32,303 nt of DNA from Octopus bimaculoides (taxonomy: Eukaryota). How positions within the stretch are numbered: position 1 is the stretch's first letter; each line of letters opens with the position of its first letter. A program made the position numbers and the translations under genes. The notes under the pieces are model-generated. The model was not told the origin of the DNA. It was given only the letters and a program-made list of their open reading frames with translations, and ran no database searches. Below, piece after piece: positions 23,380-32,303 of this stretch. The stretch spans positions 14,581,263 to 14,613,565 of the forward strand of contig NC_068987.1 of NCBI RefSeq assembly GCF_001194135.2. The letters are read 5' to 3'.

Positions 23380-23415
23380 CTTTCTGTCGAAGAGCGTAGG
23401 CTCGAAACATAAAAG
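23380..23415 (+). ncRNA. Degenerate minimal hammerhead fold in a Penelope-pLTR-like repeat
   Basis: Stem I CTTT 23380-83 / AAAG 23412-15; core CTGTCGA (A6 to U); extra A; stem II GAGC-GTAG-GCTC; GAAA 23404-07; stem III ACAT (ACGT palindrome with a CpG-type change); N17 = A23411. Confidence 0.5.
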
Positions 23416-23565
23416 ACTTTCTCACTTCCCGAGCGTTAGACTAATACATCTGTTTGTTGTTTACACACCCGTCTTCGTCTTTTGTTTTGTTTATTTTTTT
23501 GTAAATTCCAACTATGTATATATGTATGTGTGTGTGTGTGTGTGTGTGTGTTTATATATGTGCGT

Positions 23566-23780
23566 GCCTCTGTGTTTGTCCTCACATCGCTTTAGAACTG
23601 ATCTTGGTATGCTTACTTCTCTGTAAATTAGTAGTTCGACAGAAAAAAAAGAAAAACTGATGGAATAAGTATCAGACTTGCAACAAAAGTTTAAGTACTA
23701 GAGTTCACGATTTCTTTAACTAAATTCTTCAAGGTGAGGCCACAACCTGGCCGCAGTCCAATGATTGAAATAAGAAAACG
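23566..23780 (+). mobile_element. SINE family A 3' half, old
   Basis: CTCTGTGTTTGTCCTCACATCGC..GGAATAAGTATCAGACTT..CTTCAAGGTG..CCTGGCCGCAGTCCAATGATTGAAA. Confidence 0.7.
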
Positions 23781-25374
23781 AAAAAACAAAAAACAAAAAC
23801 GAAGCAAAACAACAAAACACACAAACAAACAAACAAACCAAACAAGCAAGCCAATAAATGAGTTACTATAAACGAAAAACAAAAGACACTAAAGAAATAA
23901 TAGATATTATGATATTAATTAATTAGGTTTCTAAATTCGGCTCTTAACATTTTTGAAAAAAACAAGAAGAAAAACAAACTTCAAAGCTGGAAATCTTACA
24001 TCAGATTAGCCAATCATTTAATGACAAATGTTTAAGCTTTTTGGCATGTTAGATTCGCTAATATCGTAACTGTTCATTCTCATTTATTCTACCTTTATCT
24101 TTTAAACAGTAAACTGAGTTTAAAACCTTGAATTTTATTTTATGATCTTCGTAAAAGATTGACTGACGTTACGTGCAGTGAATTACCATCGGAATGTTTC
24201 GTTAGACGAGAGAGAGTTAATGTTTGACAGTAAACTGGCAGCTAGCAGACATTAATGCAAGCATAAACCTATCAGTATAGCCTCTTTCTCTTTCCTCTTG
24301 TGTGTTTGTGTGGTGTATGTGTGTGCACGTATGTGTATGTGTGTGTGTGCATGTACATATATATATGTGTATATANNNNNNNNNNNNNNNNNNNNNNNNN
24401 NNNNNNNNNNNNNNNNNNNNNNNNNNNNNNNNNNNNNNNNNNNNNNNNNNNNNNNNNNNNNNNNNNNNNNNNNNNNNNNNNNNNNNNNNNNNNNNNNNNN
24501 NNNNNNNNNNNNNNNNNNNNNNNNNNNNNNNNNNNNNNNNNNNNNNNNNNNNNNNNNNNNNNNNNNNNNNNNNNNNNNNNNNNNNNNNNNNNNNNNNNNN
24601 NNNNNNNNNNNNNNNNNNNNNNNNNNNNNNNNNNNNNNNNNNNNNNNNNNNNNNNNNNNNNNNNNNNNNNNNNNNNNNNNNNNNNNNNNNNNNNNNNNNN
24701 NNNNNNNNNNNNNNNNNNNNNNNNNNNNNNNNNNNNNNNNNNNNNNNNNNNNNNNNNNNNNNNNNNNNNNNNNNNNNNNNNNNNNNNNNNNNNNNNNNNN
24801 NNNNNNNNNNNNNNNNNNNNNNNNNNNNNNNNNNNNNNNNNNNNNNNNNNNNNNNNNNNNNNNNNNNNNNNNNNNNNNNNNNNNNNNNNNNNNNNNNNNN
24901 NNNNNNNNNNNNNNNNNNNNNNNNNNNNNNNNNNNNNNNNNNNNNNNNNNNNNNNNNNNNNNNNNNNNNNNNNNNNNNNNNNNNNNNNNNNNNNNNNNNN
25001 NNNNNNNNNNNNNNNNNNNNNNNNNNNNNNNNNNNNNNNNNNNNNNNNNNNNNNNNNNNNNNNNNNNNNNNNNNNNNNNNNNNNNNNNNNNNNNNNNNNN
25101 NNNNNNNNNNNNNNNNNNNNNNNNNNNNNNNNNNNNNNNNNNNNNNNNNNNNNNNNNNNNNNNNNNNNNNNNNNNNNNNNNNNNNNNNNNNNNNNNNNNN
25201 NNNNNNNNNNNNNNNNNNNNNNNNNNNNNNNNNNNNNNNNNNNNNNNNNNNNNNNNNNNNNNNNNATATATATATATATATATATATATACAAAGCCATA
25301 AGATCAAAGTGTATTAGATGTGAATATGCATTTATTTAATCACGTGACTTCCAATCTTCTCTCCACGTAATATT

Positions 25375-25567
25375 GGTTTCAAATTTTGGCACAAGGCCAG
25401 CAATTTCGGGGGAGGGGTTAAATCGATTACATCAATTCCAGTGTCCAATTGCTACCTATTTTATTGACCCCGAATGGACGAAAAGCAAAGTCGACCTTGG
25501 CGGAAATTGAACTCAGAACGAAAAGACGGACAAAATGCTGCCGGACAAATTCTGCCAGCTTGTCGCC
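25375..25567 (-). mobile_element. SINE family B
   Basis: GGTTTCAAATTTTGGCACAAGGCCAGC..GACCCCGAA..CAAAGTCGACCTTGGCGGAAATTGAACTCAG..TTCTGCCAGCTTGTCGCC. Confidence 0.85.
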
Positions 25568-26439
25568 CTTCACATAATTTAATTTCAGTATGGACGAGAT
25601 CATGCGTATATGTTTGTATTAATATGTGTATTCAGCATTATACAATAGAATCGTATATTCACAAATAATGTATAAAAAGAAATCTAGTCCATTAGATCAC
25701 CGGAACACACACACACACACGCACGGTGAACACGAAACATATATGTCAAATAAAAGCTTCCCATAAAGTACTATTTCTTCTTTTAGTAACACAAACGAGC
25801 ACGTCAATAAAGATAGGTACAAATGTAAGTCTATATTCTAGGTGAAAAAAGCTGTTCTCCATAGATATTGTCTTTCTCATTGATTTTGAAAGAAATGCTC
25901 ATGATTTGCGAAGCAGTTGACCTCCATAGCTGAACATATATTTCCTTTCTGTCCTAGACAACTGTCAAATCTATTTTATGCGCTTTTGGCAGTAAATTTG
26001 ATGGAAATATTCTTATATATTTCATCTTTCTTTTTTAATTATTTGATCTGAATTCTTCCTATTATATTGGAGCTGATTTCTAACGAAGAAACAAAGCCCC
26101 GTCACTAGAATCTGGATAGCAAATTATATAAGCATTCCGCATTGAACTTTAGAAAAGCCTACCATATTTTTATCATTTTCTGCCCTCGAATATGTTTTAG
26201 CGGGTGTGACTTCGTTTGACTATACTCATGTAGTATTTAAAGTGGGCGGTCAGATAGTCTTGTGTTTACGGTTCGTTAATTTGCAGAAAATTCGTTATTT
26301 TCAACCGTAAGCACAAAGACGTATGGCTACCCGCTTTTGTGCCATCCAAAAGTATAACAAACGAGATCGCGTCCGCTAAAGTAGTGTCGGTATAGTAAAA
26401 TGAGATCGCGTCCGCTAAAGTGGCGTCGGTCCTAAGCTT

Positions 26440-26700
26440 GAAGGAAGGAGTAAGAGGGTTGGGCGTCGGAACAGTAACTCAGCTCTGTAAAAATCAGGAA
26501 TCGCTTCGGAAACAGCAGGAGAAATTCACGAAAGTAGATCAACATGAGGAGGAAGGCGATGTAGAAATGCCACTTATGACGGCCCGATGAAAGCCGAAAG
26601 GAAGATAGGACCTCAAATAGCCCGATGGTTTGTGAAAAACTTCGTGTTCTGAGGACGATCTAAACCTAAAGCTTAAGCTACAAAGCGTGCTCACGTGTTC
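26440..26700 (+). mobile_element. Possible 5' remnant of an RTE-clade LINE (5' UTR and start of the APE domain)
   Basis: GAGGGTTGGGCGTCGGAACAGTAACTCAGCTCTGTAAAAA resembles the RTE 5'-UTR motif GGGTTGGGC..GGCTAACAACC..CCGTAAAA. GCTACAAAGCGTGCTCACG could be a decayed ATWNVRT codon string. Confidence 0.4.
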
Positions 26701-26817
26701 AAAGGGTTATAGTTTTAATAGTAAATCCCTATGAGCTGGTCACTTGCTTTACCAATCCTTTCGAGATTGCCATTAAGTCACACTAAAATAGCTGAGTACA
26801 CCGCTAGTTATGTTTTA

Positions 26818-27347
26818 TGTTTTATCCTTTACTTCTTTCCATCATTGGACTGTGGCCATGCTGGAACAGCACCTTGAAAAGTTTAGTCGAAGAAATCGGT
26901 CTCAGTGTTTATGTTTGATCTTTAAAGTTTGGCACAGTTTAGTAGGCTTTTCTTTCTACGGATAAACCTAATCTGTTTTCCCTTTTTACATTGACATTTC
27001 TGTGATACACGATTCCTATTGATCGGCTTTTTTTCTTTTTTCTACGATCTCTTTTGATTGAAATTCGACCCACTTTTTTGTTCTCTCCTTCTTCCCAAAA
27101 AGTAAAGCCCTACTTTGTATTTTGTGCCCCCTGTATTCAGCCCTGTGTGACCAATAAAGAGACATATCTATCTAACTATCTATCTATACATTTATACACG
27201 AAAGTATTCCACATAGTTTCCACCAACCTAATTTGCACCCAAGGCTTTGATAGATCCGTTGCTATAATAGAAGACACCGAAAGTGCCACGCAGTGGTACT
27301 GAACGCGAAACCACTGGTTACGAAGAGAACTTCTAAACATCATAGCA
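26818..27347 (-). mobile_element. Old, fragmented SINE family A (tail 26818-26915, head 27205-27347)
   Basis: CATTGGACTGTGGCCATGCTGGAACAGCACCTTGA and AAGGCTTTG..GCTATAATAGAAGACAC..GTGCCACGCAGTGGTACTGAAC. Confidence 0.7.
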
Positions 27348-28226
27348 CGAAAGATCGAAGTGGAGACGGGCCATGTTCCAACGGTGGTCGAGCACAGGTC
27401 AGTCGGTCTTCAGAAACGACCGAAATCTTACATGAAAGGCGCCGGATCCGTTTTCGGAAGATAACCAATAATTATATGTATAGATGTGAATTCTTTTTAT
27501 CTTCGTAGAGAAGTTGTCTCTTTCGAAGCCTTTGTTATCTGTTACTATTCTCTTTCTGATTTTGGTAGAAATATTCATATTACAGGGCCGTTGAACTCTA
27601 GAACTGTACTCAATTATTCTTTTCAGACCCAAGCAACTAAATCATATCTGTTGTATTTTGCTGTTATTCATGAATGCAAATATGCATTATTGTATGTATA
27701 TACGGAAGTATAGATATCTGTATGAATGTATCTAGCTGTCTATTTATCTCCATACAAATATACCTATGTTCGTTCATCTATATTCAGTTTACTTGCAATA
27801 ATACTTATAGTATGTACGTATTTATCCCGCATACAGACACAGAACAGGCAGCAACATACATCTATTAATATAAATGGCACATATTTATTCATAAAACGAA
27901 AAATAATTCCTAGGTCTCTTAGAGTCATTTATTATTTATAACTACTACATTTTAACAGAACTCAAGAAAATCGATTAAGTTTTCCTAGCAAATAGATTAG
28001 ACAGTCAATTGTTTTCGGTGAAACTGATCTCGAAATGAATTTTACACATGAAATAATAGAATATTTATATCGTATCATTTACTGGGACAATTTTCTGTTA
28101 GTGTCAGAAGCAAATACTGAAAAAATAATTGGTATTTACGAGATCTTTAGTGACACTAAAAATTAAAACAAGTACAATATCTAAACTAGTCAGATAGTCT
28201 AAAGTATTACTCTCTACAACAGGGAA

Positions 28227-28229
<3 letters not shown>

Positions 28230-28265
<36 letters not shown>

Positions 28266-28515
28266 GTATGTATGAATGTATGCATGTATGTATGTATGTA
28301 ATTATATAAATTTAAATACATATATGCATATGCGCATGCATAGAAATGCATATTTATCTGTATGTTTGTATATATTATATATATATACGTATATCAACAT
28401 ATATATATACACAATCGCATATATATATATATATGTGTGTGTGTATGTGTGTGTGTGTATGCAGACACACACGCATATACGCACACACGCGCACACACAC
28501 ATACATACATACATA
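28230..28515. repeat. TA/TG/CA compound microsatellite
   Basis: Directly visible. Confidence 0.92.
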
Positions 28516-28550
28516 CTCTGGTCAGGGGTGTAACCAACTTCAATATACGC

Positions 28551-28697
28551 CCTGAGTTCAAATACCGCCGAGGTTGACTTTGCCTTTCATCCTTTCGGGG
28601 TCGATAAATTAAGTACCAGTTGCGTACTAGATCGATCTAATTGACTGGCCCCCTTCCCCAAATTTTCGGGCCTTGTGCCTAGAGTGGAAAAGAATAT
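28551..28697 (+). mobile_element. SINE family B, 5'-truncated, well preserved
   Basis: CTGAGTTCAAATACCGCCGAGGTTGACTTTGCCTTTCATCCTTTCGGGGTCGATAAATTAAGTACCAGTT..GGGCCTTGTGCCTAGAGTGGAAAAGAATAT. Confidence 0.9.
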
Positions 28698-29123
28698 ACT
28701 CCATTGAATAAATAAAAGTAGAGGGGAAAATCAATGGAAGTGTCTCTACATGGTTTCCTTGGCTGCTAGAAATAGCAGGTAAATCTCTCTCAAATTACTG
28801 CATACCTTCATGAAATGTGTGGATTGGATGGTTTACTTCTAGATACGAAATATTCGAGAGGATTCAGGGTAGGCATGGTTGGAATGCATTTGATTAAAAA
28901 TAGACAGGGCAAACAACATCAAAAACATACAATTAAATGGGCCCTCGAGTGAATCAGGGAACTCCACAGATCCCTGAATATCGAGATTAATCAAGATTTA
29001 ATGCATGTTATCTCTGATTTATTACTCATAATAATGTATGATCTTAACAAAGTTATTCTCATCTTCAGTTATTCAAGGTTCTCCGCTTATGACATTTATC
29101 CTTTTCTTTTACTTCTCTTACCA

Positions 29124-29527
29124 CACAGGCGTGGCTGTGTGGTATGAAGTTTGCTTCCCAACCACATGGTTTCGGGTTCAGTCCCATTGCGTGACATCTT
29201 GAGCAGGTGTCTTTTACTATAGCCTCGGGCCGACCAAAGATTTGTGAGTGGTTTGGTAGATGGAAAGAAATCTGTCGTATATTGTATATCTATCTATCTA
29301 TCTGAGTGTATATATATATATATATATATATATGTTATGTGCGTTTGTCTGTGTTTGTGTTTGTTCCAGCACCAATTAACCACGTTCTCGTAAATTAGCA
29401 GTTCGTTAAAAGAGATCGATAGAATAAAAAAAAACTACAAAAAATAAGCAAGTACTGGGGTCGATTCATTCGACGAAGATTTTCACATGGTGGTGCCCCA
29501 GCATGACCGCAATCCAATGACTGAAAC
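29124..29527 (+). mobile_element. SINE family A, full length, older subfamily
   Basis: GGCGTGGCTGTGTGGTATGAAG..GGGTTCAGTCCCATTGCGTGAC..GCCCCAGCATGACCGCAATCCAATGACTGAAAC. Confidence 0.9.
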
Positions 29528-29880
29528 TGAAAGAAGCCCGTCGTATATATGTANNNNNNNNNNNNNNNNNNNNNNNNNNNNNNNNNNNNNNNNNNNNNNN
29601 NNNNNNNNNNNNNNNNNNNNNNNNNNNNNNNNNNNNNNNNNNNNNNNNNNNNNNTGTATATATATATGTATGTGTGTTTGTGTGTCTGTGTTTGTCCTCC
29701 CACCATCGCTTGATAACCTATGCTGGTGTGTTTATGTCCCCGTAACTTAGCGGTTCGGCAAAAGGGACCGATAGAATAAGTACTAGGCTTACAAAGAATA
29801 AGTCCTGGGGTCGATTTGCTCGACTAAAGGCGGTGCTCCAGCATGGCCACAGTCAAATGACTGAAACAGGTAAAAGAGTA
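29523..29880 (+). mobile_element. Younger 5'-truncated SINE family A joined to the tail of the previous copy
   Basis: GAAACTGAAAGAAGCCCGTCGTATAT..[gap]..CCCGTAACTTAGCGGTTCGGCAAAAG..AAGTCCTGGGGTCGATTTGCTCGACTAAAGGCGGTGCTCCAGCATGGCCACAGTCAAATGACTGAAACAGGTAAAAGAGTA. Confidence 0.88.
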
Positions 29881-30118
29881 TCAGAAATATATAGGTAGCA
29901 TCATATAAAACACAAGGAGCAGATCAGAATCGGTTTCTTGATTTGTCAACAATTTGCAGTTTCTGTCTGTCTGTCGCTTCTATCACTTTATTATTACTGA
30001 TGGTCGTTATAATACTTTTAAGCGAATGCTTTGTGAATTTACTGGTTCCCTGACTCAATCTGTTCCTCAAAACCTTAAAACTGAAATCGGTTAACGAATC
30101 TAAATTCACAGCGATACC

Positions 30119-30381
30119 TTTTATGGTGTTATTGAAGTACCAATTGGATTCTTGCTTCTTGTCATCTCTATAACTAGATATTTATTTAAACACGCAGTTA
30201 CCTTCCCAATTGTCTTTCCAATAACTGGTTAGTTACTTAATCCCTTATTACCATCTTGCTTGCCGTCAACCCTATAAACTCTTAGTTATTTAAGTACCAA
30301 TCATCATCTTGCTTGCTGTTATCCCTGTAACAGGTTAGTTATTTTAGTACGAATTACCATAGTGCTTGCTTTCATCCCTAT
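30119..30381. repeat. Diverged ~53-bp minisatellite, about 5 units
   Basis: Units start near 30119, 30172, 30223, 30276 and 30329; shared AAC.GGTTAGTTA.TTAAGTAC.AATTACCATCTTGCTTGC.GTCATCCCTAT. Confidence 0.8.
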
Positions 30382-30492
30382 CACTGATTACGTAGTAGAT
30401 GGAATATGAATGAATGAACAAATGAACACCCTTATCTACATAACTGTCAGTATAGGTTTGGACACAGTAGTGCCCTCTTCTAGAAACATACT

Positions 30493-30910
30493 TTAACCCT
30501 TTAGCATTATTCTGTCAAATGCAATGCTTCTGTTTAATCATGCATTATCCTGTAGCTTTATGACGGCGAGCTGGCAGAAACGTTAGCATGCCGGGCGAAA
30601 TGCTTAGTGGCATTTCGTCTGTCGAGTTCGAATTCCGCCGAGGTCGACTTTGCTTTTCATCCTTTCGGGGTCGATAAATTAAGTTTCGTACTGGAGTTGA
30701 TCTAATCGACTGGCCCCCTCCTCCAAAATTTCGGGCCTTGTACTTAGAGTAGAAAAAGATTATCTTGTATGTCTGAGATTTCTACGATGTAACTGTTTAT
30801 TTTTAGAATGACGTTATAGGGTAGATGTGAGAGGTTTGATCTGGTCAGTTTTAACATAAAAAAAAGTAGAATATTTGGGCCTGATATGACTAGTTTAAAT
30901 GCTAAAGAGT
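30493..30910. mobile_element. piggyBac-type (TTAA) MITE with nested SINE
   Basis: Left end TTAACCCTTTAGCATT (30493-30508); right end AATGCTAAAGAGT (30898-30910), with the terminal TTAA lost or decayed. Confidence 0.7.
30562..30763 (+). mobile_element. SINE family B, full length, inserted in the MITE
   Basis: GACGGCGAGCTGGCAGAAACGTTAGC..GAGTTCGAATTCCGCCGAGGTCGACTTTGCTTTTCATCCTTTCGGGGTCGATAAA; imperfect TSD ATTATCCTGTAG (30544-55) / ATTATCTTGTAT (30759-70). Confidence 0.9.
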
Positions 30911-31024
30911 GTCTCAATCCCTTACATCTCGCTTACACTAACCCAGATTTTCTTAGTCTCCTCTCCATTGCTAAATGTTCGTTGGACCTATGTTGGGTGC
31001 ATCCGTTCTTTTGACACGTATTGA

Positions 31025-31165
31025 TTTTATACTCTTTTACTCTTTTATTTGTTTCACTCATTAAACTGCACCCATGCTGGGGCACCGCCTTGAGGTTTTA
31101 GTCGAATAAATCGATCCCAGTACTTATATTTTAAGCCTAGATTATTTTATTGTAACTTTTTTTTC
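31025..31165 (-). mobile_element. SINE family A 3' tail fragment
   Basis: CTCTTTTACTCTTTTATTTGTTTCACTCATTAAACTGCACCCATGCTGGGGCACCGCCTTGAGG..AATCGATCCCAGTACTTA. Confidence 0.8.
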
Positions 31166-31349
31166 ACTAGGAAAACCTAGTGAGGAAGGGGCCAGTTTTG
31201 CCGCCAACGACCCTACCATGCAATAAATTATACCGGACTACATTTTACCTGTAGCACACGAGAGCAAGCAGACTTAAGTTGGAATTTTACCATATTTAAA
31301 CACGTAAACAAAGAGTTCCCTGTTTTCGCCGAACAAATTGAACCACCGA

Positions 31350-31795
31350 TAAAATACATAGCGGTATTTCGTTGCACCTTTTTATATCCCGAATTCAAAT
31401 CCTGCCGAAAACTTTGCCTTTCATTCTTTCAAAAGGCGATAAAAATGTGTCAGTAAATACTGCTGTCACGTCAATCGACCGCTCTGCCCTCCATAATATA
31501 TATCCATGTACGTAATATAGAAACTAATATAGCGTTTTTTACTATTTTATTGAAATTTTTGGTAATCAATCTCTCCTCTTTTATGTTGTGAATTGGAAAA
31601 TTGCTAGAATCATTAGGGCATCGGACAAAATGTTTTGCGGTATTTAGTTACGACCCTTTACATGCCGAGTTCAAATCACGCTAAGGTCAATCTGCTGCTC
31701 ATCGTTCGTACCAGTTAAATACTGGGGTCAATATCGAATGATTGTACCCTCCTTCAAAATTTCTGGCTTTGTGACTACGTAAAATAAAATTATTG
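31350..31795 (+). mobile_element. Two old SINE family B copies (~31350-31495 and ~31600-31795)
   Basis: GCGGTATTT..GAATTCAAATCCTGCCGA..CTTTGCCTTTCATTCTTTC and AGAATCATTAGGGCATCGGACAAAATG..GAGTTCAAATC..TACTGGGGTC..AAATTTCTGGCTTTGTG. Confidence 0.65.
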
Positions 31796-32024
31796 CCGTG
31801 TATACCTTGGTTAACCTTGATCGAGCAGAATTATGACCATCTCTTCATTATTCCGTATATCCTCTATTTAAAACAATAGACCATAATTCTGAGGGATGGT
31901 TTCACTGCTATTTTTAGCAGGGCGGAACCAACACACAGACGTTCCCTCGCTGTCTCTGTCATTCAAAACCCAAAGTAAGCTTTGTGGTTATAAGACTTTC
32001 CTTTTACATGTTATTAATAGCACT

Positions 32025-32260
32025 ATTTTCCGCAGACCATACCATACTTCTCAGGAGCGCTAGTTTCTGAGATTTACATATGCAAGATTTACTTGGCAGT
32101 TATTCGATTTTCTTTGTGTTATGCTTCACTGCCCGCAACGCTGCAATAACTACAGGGACGGTTCTTATGTTCATGTTCCGCTTCATTGATATTTCTATTT
32201 CCAGGGTTTTATATTTGAAAGATTTTTCGATCTCTTCTACTGCACCGCTGCTGTTGTATG
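32025..32260 (-). mobile_element. C-terminal remnant of a restriction-like-endonuclease non-LTR retrotransposon (R4/Dong-like)
   Basis: The minus frame reads EEIEKSFKYKTLEIEISMKRNMNIRTVPVVIAALRAVKHNTKKIE*LPSKSCICKSQKLALLRS, matching the RLE tail pattern EK..KY..L.IEI...W.M....PVVIGALG.......QK.ALL; one in-frame stop. Confidence 0.62.
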
Positions 32261-32261
32261 T

Positions 32262-32264
<3 letters not shown>

Positions 32265-32303
<39 letters not shown>
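32265..32303. repeat. (TA)n microsatellite
   Basis: Directly visible. Confidence 0.97.

Noticed and set aside
26573-26610. CTTATGA-C-GGC..GCC-GAAA hammerhead-like string
   Set aside because: G5 is missing, there is no stem III or stem I, and it lies in the RTE-like remnant.
30119-30381. Regularly spaced repeat as a CRISPR array
   Set aside because: Contiguous tandem units without unique spacers, no cas genes, eukaryotic context.
31168-31260. Possible exon after TTTTCACTAG acceptor
   Set aside because: Short frames with stops, no recognisable protein and no convincing donor.

Overview
AT-rich, gapped (about ten N-runs, most next to (TA)n) animal genomic DNA with no recognisable host protein-coding gene, rRNA or true tRNA gene. 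The microsatellite load and the tRNA-derived SINE families look like Octopus (recognition from memory, not verified). About 20 SINE copies or fragments of three families are present, along with a decayed mariner transposase, an intact non-autonomous hAT element with 8-bp TSD, a piggyBac-type MITE carrying a nested SINE, and remnants of RTE-like and R4/Dong-like non-LTR retrotransposons. The most interesting signal is RNA-structural. Three unrelated short cassettes lying in or next to (TA)n tracts each carry a type I minimal hammerhead ribozyme fold with a palindromic or near-palindromic stem III (9488-9555, 13571-13615, 23380-23415). This is the architecture known from Penelope-like elements and retrozymes. 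Each copy carries one or two substitutions, so activity is unproven. Also present are a ~380-bp foldback with CUGAUGA-bearing arms, a weak HDV-like ribozyme candidate and a candidate recursive splice site. Almost all ORFs in the supplied track are microsatellite or N-gap artefacts.
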